Below, piece after piece: positions 6,933-15,324 of a DNA stretch of 20,759 nucleotides. Within the stretch, counting starts at the first letter, position 1; every line of letters starts with the position of its first letter. Position numbers and translations under genes: made by a program. A model generated the notes under the pieces. The model ran no database searches. It saw only the letters and a list, made by a program, of their open reading frames with translations, and was not told the DNA's origin. Source of the stretch: Polyangiaceae bacterium (lineage in GTDB: Bacteria; Myxococcota_A; Polyangia; Polyangiales; Polyangiaceae); assembly GCA_044222475.1 (NCBI GenBank), contig JBGANF010000138.1:1-20759 (forward strand), in the 5' to 3' direction.

Positions 6933-7988
6933 ATGTCCGATGCGCACGCCGAAATCCTGGCCTCGCTCGACGCGCTCGCGAAGAGCTACGGACCGCGCTT
7001 CGAGGCCGCGTCGACGGAGCAAGCCCTCCGCGACGAGAACGCGAAGATCCTCGGCAAGAAGGGCGAGCTCACCGCCATTCTCAAGCAGATGGGCCAGGTC
7101 CCCGGCGACGCGCGCAAGGCCATCGGCGAGCGCGTGAACGGCCTCAAGGTCCAAGTCGAGAAAGCCTTCGACGACCGCCTCCGCGCGATGCACCGCGCCG
7201 CGCGCGAGAAGGAGCTCGCCGGGCCGCCCCTCGACTGGACCATCCCGGCGCGCCCGCTCGCGCCGCTCGGCCACAAGCACCCGATCAGCATCGTCCGCGA
7301 GGAGATCATCGGGATCTTCGAGCACATGGGATTCGCCGTGTTCGACGGCCCCGAGGTCGACGTCGAGGAGAACAACTTCACGAAGCTCGGCTTCCCGCCG
7401 GACCACCCGGCGACCGACATGCAAGACAGCTTCTGGACGACGTCCGGGCACATCCTCCGAACGCACACGAGCAACATCCAAGTGCGCGCGATGTCGACCA
7501 TCAAGCCTCCGATGGCGTTCATCGCCCCCGGCGCCGTCTACCGATGCGACGACGACATCACGCACTCGCCGATGTTTCATCAGCTCGAGGCGTTCCTCGT
7601 CGACCGCAACGTGACGCTCGGGCACCTCAAAGGAGTCCTCGCCGAGTTCGCCGAGCGCCTCTACGGGCCCGGCACGCCGGTGCGTCTCCGCCCGAGCTAC
7701 TTCCCGTTCGTCGAGCCTGGCGCCGAGGTCGACATCGGATGTGTATTCTGCAAACGCCCTGACGGGTCGCGCCCCGGCTGCAACGTGTGCAAGCACACCG
7801 GCTGGATCGAGATCCTCGGCTGCGGGATGATCCACCCCGTCGTCTTCGAGCACTGCGGGATCGATCCCAAGGAGTACACCGGCTTCGCGCTCGGCATGGG
7901 TCTCGAGCGCGTGGCGATGCTCCGCTACGACATCCCCGACATCCGCCTCTTCTTCGAGAACGACCCGCGCTTCATCGCGCAATTCTGA
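6933..7988 (+). CDS. pheS: Phenylalanine--tRNA ligase alpha subunit
   Basis: N-terminal coiled coil (LGKKGELT), HPATDMQDSF, LRTHTS, motif 2 YRCDDDITHSPMFHQLE, RPSYFPFVEPGAEVD, WIEILGCGMIHP and motif 3 GFALGMGLERVAML. Confidence 0.98.
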   Translation: MSDAHAEILASLDALAKSYGPRFEAASTEQALRDENAKILGKKGELTAILKQMGQVPGDARKAIGERVNGLKVQVEKAFDDRLRAMHRAAREKELAGPPLDWTIPARPLAPLGHKHPISIVREEIIGIFEHMGFAVFDGPEVDVEENNFTKLGFPPDHPATDMQDSFWTTSGHILRTHTSNIQVRAMSTIKPPMAFIAPGAVYRCDDDITHSPMFHQLEAFLVDRNVTLGHLKGVLAEFAERLYGPGTPVRLRPSYFPFVEPGAEVDIGCVFCKRPDGSRPGCNVCKHTGWIEILGCGMIHPVVFEHCGIDPKEYTGFALGMGLERVAMLRYDIPDIRLFFENDPRFIAQF

Positions 7989-8006
7989 AGCGCGACTCCG
8001 ACCACG

Positions 8007-10421
8007 ATGAAAGCCTCCCACCTCTGGCTCAAAGCTCTCGTCCCCGGCATCCCGGATGACCCGCACGCGCTCGCGCGGCGGTTCACCGCCGCCGGGCTCG
8101 AGGTCGAAGGCATCTCCACCTACGGCGCCGCGAGCGAGCACGTCGTGCTCGCTTGGGTCGTCTCCACGAGGCCGCACCCGACGAAGAGCGGGCTCCGGCT
8201 CGTCACCGTCGATCGCGGCGGCGGCACGCAAGAGGTGATCTGCGGAGCGCCCAACGTCCCCGAGCCTGGCGGCGTGGTCGTCCTCGCGCCGCTCGGAACG
8301 CACCTGCCGGCGAAGAACCTCACCATCGGCAAGCGCGACATCGGCGGCGTCCCGAGCGAGGGCATGCTCTGCAGCGAAGCCGAGCTCGGCCTCTCCGACG
8401 ACGGCGCCGGGATCCTCGTCTTTCCCCCGAATTTCGCCGCTCCCGGCACCAAGCTGAGCGACGCGATCCCGGAGACGCGAGACACCATCTTCGAGATCGG
8501 TCTCACGCCGAACCGCCCCGACGGGCTCGGCCACCTCGGCCTCGCTCGCGAAGCGGCCGCCCTCTTCGAGCTCGCGTGGTCCGTTCCCGAGCCGGAGGCG
8601 CCGCTTCGTACCAAAAAGGGACGCGTCGCGGATCTCGTCAAGATCCAGATCGACGAGGCCGACCGCTGTCCTCACTACGCAGCCGGCATCGTGGAGGGCG
8701 CGCGCACCGCTCCGTCGCCACCAGGCACTCGCTACCGCCTCGCCGCGCTGGGCATCCGCGCGATCTCCAACATCGTCGACGTGACGAACCTCGTGCTCCT
8801 GGAGTACGGCCACCCGATGCACGCCTTCGACGCCGACAAGGTGCGCGGCGGTACCATTTTGGTACGACTGGCGAAGCCGAACGAAGAGCTCGTCACCCTC
8901 GACGGCGTGACCCGAAAGCTCCACCCCGACGACCTGGTCATCGCCGACGCCGAAGGCGCGATCGCCCTCGCCGGCGTGATGGGCGGAGCCAGCACCGAGA
9001 TCTCCGACAGCACCAAGCGCATCCTCTTCGAGTGCGCCTACTTCGATCCGCGCACCGTGCGGCGCGCGGCGCGGCGCCACGGCCTCCACTCCGAGTCGAG
9101 CCACCGCTTCGAGCGCGGCGTCGACCACGGCGACACCGCCTCGGCCCTGCGCCACGCCACCGCGATCGCCGTGCGCCTCGCTGGCGGCGAGGCGCTCGAC
9201 GGACCCGAGATGACCGTCGCCAAGCCGCTCGCGAAGGCGAGCGTCCGCCTCCGCGACGCGCACGTCGGCGAGCTCCTCGGGGATCCGGTCTCTCCGCAAG
9301 ACGTCGGCGCGATCCTCGGACGCCTCGGCTTTGGCGTCCTCGAGCGCGCGAGCGACGCCACGACGTGGTCCGTCCCGACTCACCGCCCGGACGTCACCCG
9401 CGACGTCGACTTGATCGACGAGGTCGTGCGCGTGCGCGGCATGGACTCCGTCACCGCGCGTCTCCCGGCGATTCGCGCGACGACCGCGGTCGGCGGTCGC
9501 GAAGCGCTCTCGGCGCGAGTCCGGGCCGCGGCCGTCGCGGTCGGTCTCTCCGAGGCCATCGCCTACTCGTTCGTGTCGCCGGCCGCGCTCGCCGCGGTCG
9601 GCGCTCCCGCGTCGACGGTCATCCTGAAGAACCCGCTCGCCGAGCACCAGAGCGTGATGCGCACGAGCCTCCTCCCCGGCGTGCTCGACGCAGTCGCGCG
9701 CGCGCGACGCCATGGCGAGGCGGATGCGCGCCTCTTCAACATCGGCGCGATCTTCCTCGACGCGAGCACCGCGGGCGGCCTCCCCCGCGAGGAGCTCCGC
9801 CTCGCCGCGGCGCTCACCGGAACCCGGAGCGCGCACCTCAGCAAGCCCGAGCCGCTCGACCTCTGGGATCTGAAAGCCATCGCCGCCGGTCTGCTCGCGC
9901 GGCTCGGCTTGCGCGCGGTCTTCGCTCCGTGCACCGACCTGACCCGCCCTGCGCGGCTCCACCCACGTGCGGCCGCCCACGTCCTCGTCGGCGACGCCGA
10001 GATCGGCACGGTCGGAGTCCTCCACCCCGACGCCGCCGACGCGCTCGACGTCGAAGGCGAGTGCTTCGTCCTCGAGCTCGATCTCGAAGCGGTGGGTCGT
10101 CTGCCGCCGCACGCGCCTCGCCATCGCGCGATCCCGAAGTACCCAGCGAGCATCCGCGACGTCGCGCTCGTCGTGAAGACCACCGTCGCCATCGGTGACG
10201 TCGAGCGCGTCCTCCGCACCGCCGCTGGTGACATGGCCGAAGACGTGCGCCTCTTCGACCGCTTCACCGGCGGCAAGCTGCCCGAAGGCCACGCGAGCCT
10301 CGCGTTCCGGGTGATCTACCGCTCGCGCGAGCGCACCCTCACCGACGCCGACGTCGACGAGCGCCACGCCGCGGTGGTCAAAGCCGCGGAAGCAGCGTTC
10401 GGCGCCAGCCTGCGCGCCTGA
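8007..10421 (+). CDS. pheT: Phenylalanine--tRNA ligase beta subunit
   Basis: 804 aa after pheS. ICGAPNV, SEGMLCSEAELG, LTPNRPD, NIVDVTNLVLLEYGHPMHAFD, SESSHRFERGVD, VPTHRPD...DLIDEVVR, MRTSLLPG and the C-terminal anticodon-binding domain (KYPASIRDVA...ERTLTD). Confidence 0.98.
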   Translation: MKASHLWLKALVPGIPDDPHALARRFTAAGLEVEGISTYGAASEHVVLAWVVSTRPHPTKSGLRLVTVDRGGGTQEVICGAPNVPEPGGVVVLAPLGTHLPAKNLTIGKRDIGGVPSEGMLCSEAELGLSDDGAGILVFPPNFAAPGTKLSDAIPETRDTIFEIGLTPNRPDGLGHLGLAREAAALFELAWSVPEPEAPLRTKKGRVADLVKIQIDEADRCPHYAAGIVEGARTAPSPPGTRYRLAALGIRAISNIVDVTNLVLLEYGHPMHAFDADKVRGGTILVRLAKPNEELVTLDGVTRKLHPDDLVIADAEGAIALAGVMGGASTEISDSTKRILFECAYFDPRTVRRAARRHGLHSESSHRFERGVDHGDTASALRHATAIAVRLAGGEALDGPEMTVAKPLAKASVRLRDAHVGELLGDPVSPQDVGAILGRLGFGVLERASDATTWSVPTHRPDVTRDVDLIDEVVRVRGMDSVTARLPAIRATTAVGGREALSARVRAAAVAVGLSEAIAYSFVSPAALAAVGAPASTVILKNPLAEHQSVMRTSLLPGVLDAVARARRHGEADARLFNIGAIFLDASTAGGLPREELRLAAALTGTRSAHLSKPEPLDLWDLKAIAAGLLARLGLRAVFAPCTDLTRPARLHPRAAAHVLVGDAEIGTVGVLHPDAADALDVEGECFVLELDLEAVGRLPPHAPRHRAIPKYPASIRDVALVVKTTVAIGDVERVLRTAAGDMAEDVRLFDRFTGGKLPEGHASLAFRVIYRSRERTLTDADVDERHAAVVKAAEAAFGASLRA

Positions 10422-10433
10422 CGCGCGGGCGGC

Positions 10434-10461
10434 TTGCGCGGCGCCGCGAGCCACCTATCAT
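10434..10461 (+). promoter_or_regulatory. Putative sigma70 promoter (leaderless-type) heading the Tad-like locus
   Basis: TTGCGC (10434-10439), 16-nt spacer, TATCAT (10456-10461), then 7 nt to ATG 10469. Confidence 0.45.
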
Positions 10462-10468
10462 GGATGGC

Positions 10469-11170
10469 ATGAAGCGCTGGCCTGCCCTCGTCCTCGCGTT
10501 CGGTGCGGTGGGATCGTTCTCGTGCAAGCACCTCGAGGATCCGCCCGCGCCGCCCTTCACCGTCGACATCATGGTGTCGCAGGACAAGGACGTTCCGCTC
10601 GCCGATGCGATCATCCAGCGCAACAACCGCGAGGTCGGCAAGAGCGACGCCACCGGGAAAGCGTCGCTGAAGATCAGCGGCGCCGAAGGTGACTCGTTCG
10701 ATCTCTGGGTCAAGTGCCCCGCCGGCTATGCGTCGCCGGACAAGGCGGTCACGATTCGCCTCCAACGACTCGGCGAGGGTCGAGCTCCGCAGTACCCCGT
10801 TCTCTGTCCGCCTTCCGAACGGAAGGTCATCGTCGTGCTCACTGCGTTCGATCAGACGACGAACAACGCTGCCGGCATCGCCAACATCCCCGTGCTCCAT
10901 CGCGGCAAGCAGGTCGGAACTCTCGATCAGTCAGGCACGACCACGTTCATGATGACGGCGAAGCCCGGCGACCACCTCGAGTTCCAGCTCGACACGCGCG
11001 AGAAGAAGTACGAGCTCTTCAAACCGCAGAACCCGATCGTCCAGCTCGACGTGCAGCCCCAGGACCACATTTACCCACTGGAGCAGCCGTTCACCAAGGA
11101 CAAGATCCGCATCATCGCCGTTCCGCGTCGTGGGCCCACTCCGGTGGGTGGCGGTCCCCGCCCGCTGTAG
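10469..11170 (+). CDS. Putative lipoprotein with two repeated beta-rich modules, upstream of cpaB
   Basis: MKRWPALVLAFGAVGSFS-C signal/lipobox. Alternative start is 10460; 10469 is preferred because it gives a typical MKR n-region. Internal similarity between LADAIIQRNNREVGKSDATGKASL and IANIPVLHRGKQVGTLDQSGTTTF. Confidence 0.8.
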   Translation: MKRWPALVLAFGAVGSFSCKHLEDPPAPPFTVDIMVSQDKDVPLADAIIQRNNREVGKSDATGKASLKISGAEGDSFDLWVKCPAGYASPDKAVTIRLQRLGEGRAPQYPVLCPPSERKVIVVLTAFDQTTNNAAGIANIPVLHRGKQVGTLDQSGTTTFMMTAKPGDHLEFQLDTREKKYELFKPQNPIVQLDVQPQDHIYPLEQPFTKDKIRIIAVPRRGPTPVGGGPRPL

Positions 11171-11228
11171 GCGTCCGCACGCTTCCAGTTCCCAAAGCCG
11201 GTCAGGCGGGGTAGCTTCTTTCCTTCGC

Positions 11229-12008
11229 ATGGATCGTCGCGCCCTCATGATTGCGCTGGTGGTCGCGCTGCTCGGCGTCGTCCTCCTCTTCCTCTACACC
11301 AAGCGCTTCGAGCGCGAGGCCTCCGGAGGCGAGAAAATCCGTCTCCTCGTGGCCATCAAGCCGATCGAGCGCGGAAAGCCGATCACCGAAGAGATGCTGT
11401 CGACCCACGAGGTCCCGATGGCATACGTCGAGGACCGCGCGATCAAGGAAGTCGACAAGTCCAAGATCCTCGGGATCAAGGTCGGCACGACGATCCAGGC
11501 GCAGCAGACGCTGATGTGGACGGACCTCACGACCGCGAACGAGGAACGCCGCGATCTCAGCTCGCTCATCGTCCCCGGCAGCCGCGCCGTCACGATCCGC
11601 ACGAAGCGCGAAGACGCCAGCTCGGCGATGGTCAAGCCGGGCGACTACTGCGACGTCATCGCCCTCCTGCCGGACGGCAGCACCGAGACGGCAATCGTCC
11701 TGCTCCAACGCGTGCTCGTCCTGGCGTCGGGTTTCGACACGTCGCCCGACGCCATCGACCTGACGGCGAACAAGGATCGCCGCCTCACCGAGTCCGTCCT
11801 CACGCTCAGCCTCTCCGTCGAAGACGCGCAGAAGCTCGCCGTCGCGACCGAGCACGGCTCGGTGTCCGTCATCCTCCGCAACCCGACGGACAACACCAAG
11901 AACGACCCAGGGAAGTACCAGGCATCGCAACTCCTCCCTCGCGACCGCGTTCAGACCGTCGCGACCTCTGCCGCTCCCCAAGTAATCAAGGGCAACAACC
12001 AGCAATGA
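11229..12008 (+). CDS. cpaB: Flp pilus assembly protein CpaB/RcpC
   Basis: N-terminal TM anchor (MDRRALMIALVVALLGVVLLFLY), SAF-like domain (LLVAIKPIERGKPITEEML) and RcpC domain (PGSRAVTI...VKPGDYCDVI...LLQRVLVLA...LTLSLSVEDAQKLAVA...VILRNP.D). Start set at ATG 11229 within ORF 11130..12008. Confidence 0.93.
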   Translation: MDRRALMIALVVALLGVVLLFLYTKRFEREASGGEKIRLLVAIKPIERGKPITEEMLSTHEVPMAYVEDRAIKEVDKSKILGIKVGTTIQAQQTLMWTDLTTANEERRDLSSLIVPGSRAVTIRTKREDASSAMVKPGDYCDVIALLPDGSTETAIVLLQRVLVLASGFDTSPDAIDLTANKDRRLTESVLTLSLSVEDAQKLAVATEHGSVSVILRNPTDNTKNDPGKYQASQLLPRDRVQTVATSAAPQVIKGNNQQ

Positions 12009-13360
12009 CGATCCGAAGCGTATCGATCCGCCGTGGCGGCTTTGCCGTCTTCACGGCTGCCTTGGCGCTCACCGCCTACTCCCTCGTTCCCGCGACCGCG
12101 AGCGCGGCACCCCCGCCGCCGCCCCCGTCGGCGAGCGCTGGCGCCGGCACCGACCTCCAAGAGATGTCGCTCGCCGTCAACGAAACGAAGACGATCGCGG
12201 CCAAGGGCATTCGCAACTACTCCGTCGCCGACCCCTCCACGATCGACGTTCGGTACGCCGAGAGCAGCCAGCAGTTCCTCGTCGTCGGCAAGAAGTCCGG
12301 CTCGACCACGCTTCTCCTCATCAAGGACGACGGCTCGCAGACGACCTGGGTCATCAGCGTCGCCACCCGCCCGCCGGAGGTCGTCTACCGCGAGCTCCAG
12401 CAGCTGATCGAGGGTGACACCGGCGTCAAGATCCGCCGCGTCGGCGCGCGCTTCTTCCTCGAAGGCGGCGTCACGACCGAGGCCGAAGCGAAGCGCATCC
12501 AGACCATCGCGAACCTCTACCCCGGACAGGTCGAAAACCTCGTCAACGTCGGCTCTGGCGCCGGCGATCGTCGGACGCTCATCCGCATCGACTTCTTCTT
12601 CGTCCAGTACGACAAGTCGTCGCGCTACGGGTTCGGCATCGGCTACCCGAACGCGATCGGTGGTGATCAGGTCGGCCTCGGCAACCTCACGTTCGACTTC
12701 CTCCAGACCCAGGTGACCGCCGCGCAAGCCACCGTCGCCAACCAGATCCTTCCGCGCCTCGACATCGCGGCCCGGTACGGCTGGGCGAAGGTCATGAAGC
12801 AGACCTCCGTCATCACCTCCAACGGCGAGCTCGCGCTTCTCAACTCCGGCGGCGAGATCAACTTCCGCATCAACTCGTTCGGCTCGACCTCGGCCGGCCT
12901 CGCGAAGCTTCCGTTCGGCACCAACGTCCAAGCGCTGCCGCGCTTCGACTCCACCTCGAAAGAGATCGAGCTCAAGCTCATCGCCGAAGTCGCCGAGCTG
13001 ACGAACAACCAGGGCGGCGACGTACCGGGTCGCAACTTGAACCGGGTCGAGGTCATCCTCAACATGAAGCTCGGCCAGGCGCTGATCCTCGGCGGCTTCA
13101 AGTCGTTCTCCCAGACGCACGACGTGCAGGGCCTTCCTTTGCTCAGCCAGATCCCCGTACTCGGCATCCTCTTCGGAACGCACAGCGACCTCAAGACCGA
13201 GGTCGAGAACGCGATGTTCGTCGTGCCGAGCGTCGTCGACACCGTTCCCAAGTCGGCGCTCGACCTCATCAAGAACGCGACGAATCAGTTCAAGGATTAC
13301 TCGGGGGACATCGACGGCGTGAACACGTTCGATCGAACCCCTCCATCTGCGAAGCAGTAG
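12005..13360 (+). CDS. cpaC: Tad secretin CpaC/RcpA (451 aa)
   Basis: ATGA overlap with cpaB. Signal peptide ending ASA, pilus-formation N-terminal domain (SVADPSTIDV...LVVGKKSGSTTLLL), BON-like segment (FLEGGV...VENLVNV) and secretin signature GLPLLSQIPVLGILFG. Confidence 0.9.
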   Translation: MTIRSVSIRRGGFAVFTAALALTAYSLVPATASAAPPPPPPSASAGAGTDLQEMSLAVNETKTIAAKGIRNYSVADPSTIDVRYAESSQQFLVVGKKSGSTTLLLIKDDGSQTTWVISVATRPPEVVYRELQQLIEGDTGVKIRRVGARFFLEGGVTTEAEAKRIQTIANLYPGQVENLVNVGSGAGDRRTLIRIDFFFVQYDKSSRYGFGIGYPNAIGGDQVGLGNLTFDFLQTQVTAAQATVANQILPRLDIAARYGWAKVMKQTSVITSNGELALLNSGGEINFRINSFGSTSAGLAKLPFGTNVQALPRFDSTSKEIELKLIAEVAELTNNQGGDVPGRNLNRVEVILNMKLGQALILGGFKSFSQTHDVQGLPLLSQIPVLGILFGTHSDLKTEVENAMFVVPSVVDTVPKSALDLIKNATNQFKDYSGDIDGVNTFDRTPPSAKQ

Positions 13361-13449
13361 CTTCGCGTCGCGCGTGAGCCGCTCGCTCACCCCCTCCAGG
13401 CCATGCGTCAAAGCGTCACCCACATTCGAACGACCCAGCGGAGGGAGTC

Positions 13450-15324
13450 GTGAACGTTCAGGTCGTGGTGCAGACCGACGACGGCCAAGAGCGAAGCGAA
13501 GTCTTCCAACCCACGGGACCGATCTCGATCGGGCGCCACCCGAACTGCGTCCTCCGCCTCGAAAGCGACCTCGTGTCGCGTCAACACGCCGTCGTCGAAG
13601 TCCTCCCGCACGCCCTGCGGGTGGAAGACGTGTCGACCAACGGAACGCTCGCGGGCGAGCGGCTCCTTCGCCGCGAGTCGATCGAGGTTCCGTTCGGGAC
13701 GGCGATCGTGGTCGGCAACTTCACGATCTACCTCGTCCCCGCCGATGGCCGCGGGACGGGGCGCCTGCCTTCGCGCCCGCAGCCGCCGGTCCCGCCGCAA
13801 GCGACCGGCCGCGTCGCTCAGGCGACCACCGCGCTCCCGGTCGTCCCTCCCACCGGGAACGTGCCCGCCAACGGCCGACAGGTCGCGGGCACTCAACAGG
13901 TCGCGCCCGTCGCTGCGCCTTCCGGTCCCGACGTCCGGCGGCAGACGGCCCAACAGCGCCCCGGTACCGGGCCGCAGGTTCCGGCTCCGCAGCAGTCGTC
14001 GCAAGACGTCGTGGCCGCCGCCGCCGAGCGCGACGCCGCGATGCGCGCGCGCGAGAAGGACGTTCTCCTTCGGCGCGAGTGCCACAAGATGCTCCTCGAA
14101 CACCTCGACCTCGCGACGATCGACGCGGCGAAGCTCGAAGAGCCGTCGATGCGCCCCAAGGTCCTCGGCGCGCTGCGCCGCATCGTGCAGCAACTCGACG
14201 TAGCAGGCCGCATCCCGCCGGAGACCGATCGCGACCGTCTCATCGGTGAGCTCTCCGACGAGGCCCTCGGGCTCGGCCCCCTCGAGCGCTTCCTCGCCGA
14301 CCCGAGCATCAGCGAGATCATGGTCGTCGACCCCGAGACGATCTACATCGAGCAAGGCGGAAAGCTCACGCTCTCGCCGGTGAAGTTCACCGACGACGAA
14401 CGCGTGCGCGGCGTCATCGAGCGCATCGTCACGCCGCTCGGCCGCCGTATCGACGAGTCGTCACCGCTCGTCGACGCGCGCCTCAAGGACGGGTCCCGCG
14501 TCAACGCCGTCATCCGCCCCATCGCTTTGCGCGGTTCGTGCATCACGATCCGAAAGTTCTCGCGCACTCCGCTCACGCTCGACAAGCTGATTGCCTTCGG
14601 TGCCATCACCGATCGCATGGTGCGCTTCCTCATTCGTTCCGTCATCGCGAAGAAGAACATCGTCATCTCCGGCGGTACCGGCTCGGGGAAGACCACGCTG
14701 CTCAACTGCCTCTCCGGCGCCATCCCTCCCGACGAGCGCATCGTCACCATCGAGGACGCCGCCGAGCTGCAGCTCAAGCAGCCCCACGTCGTCTCGCTCG
14801 AAACCCGACCCGCGAACCTCGAAGGCCGCGGCGAGTACACCATCCGCGATCTGGTCAAGAACGCGCTCCGCATGCGCCCCGACCGCATCGTCGTCGGCGA
14901 GTGCCGCGGCGGTGAAGCGCTCGACATGCTCCAGGCGATGAACACCGGTCACGACGGCTCGCTGACCACGACCCACGCGAACTCGCCGCACGAAGCGATC
15001 TCCCGCCTCGAGACGCTCGTCCTCATGGCCGGCGTCGACCTCCCGGTCCGCGCGATCCGCGAGCAGATCGCATCGAGCGTTCACGTCATCGTTCAGCAGA
15101 GCCGCCTCTCCGACGGAAGCCGCAAGATCACCGCAATCGCCGAGGTCACCGGGATTGGAGACGAGGGCGAGATCGAGATGCGCCCCATCTTCGAGTTCGT
15201 CCGCACCGGCACCGGCCCCGGCGGGAAGGTCGTCGGGGAGTTCCGAGCCACGGGCTACTTGCCCTCGTACCTGCAAGACTTCATCGTGATGAACCTGGTG
15301 AAGAAAGGAGAGCCATACCTATGA
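13450..15324 (+). CDS. cpaF: FHA-domain-fused CpaF/TadA pilus ATPase
   Basis: SD GGAGGGAG with GTG start. FHA motifs IGR, SRQH, STNGT, then a Pro/Gln/Thr-rich linker and a CpaF core: GLGPLE.FL.DPSISEIMV, SPLVDARLKDGSRVN, Walker A GGTGSGKTT, TIEDAAEL, LRMRPDRIVVGECRG, AMNTGHDGSLTTTHAN. Confidence 0.95.
   Translation: MNVQVVVQTDDGQERSEVFQPTGPISIGRHPNCVLRLESDLVSRQHAVVEVLPHALRVEDVSTNGTLAGERLLRRESIEVPFGTAIVVGNFTIYLVPADGRGTGRLPSRPQPPVPPQATGRVAQATTALPVVPPTGNVPANGRQVAGTQQVAPVAAPSGPDVRRQTAQQRPGTGPQVPAPQQSSQDVVAAAAERDAAMRAREKDVLLRRECHKMLLEHLDLATIDAAKLEEPSMRPKVLGALRRIVQQLDVAGRIPPETDRDRLIGELSDEALGLGPLERFLADPSISEIMVVDPETIYIEQGGKLTLSPVKFTDDERVRGVIERIVTPLGRRIDESSPLVDARLKDGSRVNAVIRPIALRGSCITIRKFSRTPLTLDKLIAFGAITDRMVRFLIRSVIAKKNIVISGGTGSGKTTLLNCLSGAIPPDERIVTIEDAAELQLKQPHVVSLETRPANLEGRGEYTIRDLVKNALRMRPDRIVVGECRGGEALDMLQAMNTGHDGSLTTTHANSPHEAISRLETLVLMAGVDLPVRAIREQIASSVHVIVQQSRLSDGSRKITAIAEVTGIGDEGEIEMRPIFEFVRTGTGPGGKVVGEFRATGYLPSYLQDFIVMNLVKKGEPYL

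Noticed and set aside
6804..10454. 1216-aa minus-strand ORF and other long antisense or alternate-frame ORFs (e.g. 3783..5552, 8153..10198, 11951..13423)
   Set aside because: They overlap well-supported genes, have Arg/Ala/Gly-rich motif-free translations, and are expected shadows of high-GC codon bias.
11130..12004. Extended N-termini of cpaB (from 11130) and cpaC (from 11516), and likewise rpmI (from 5869)
   Set aside because: The extensions overlap neighbouring genes. Internal starts at 11229, 12005 and 6172 give proper TM/signal or family N-termini.
12005..12110. Twin-arginine (Tat) signal on the secretin (SIRRGGF)
   Set aside because: It does not match S/T-R-R-x-F-L-K spacing, and secretins are normally Sec substrates. 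Treated as a Sec signal.
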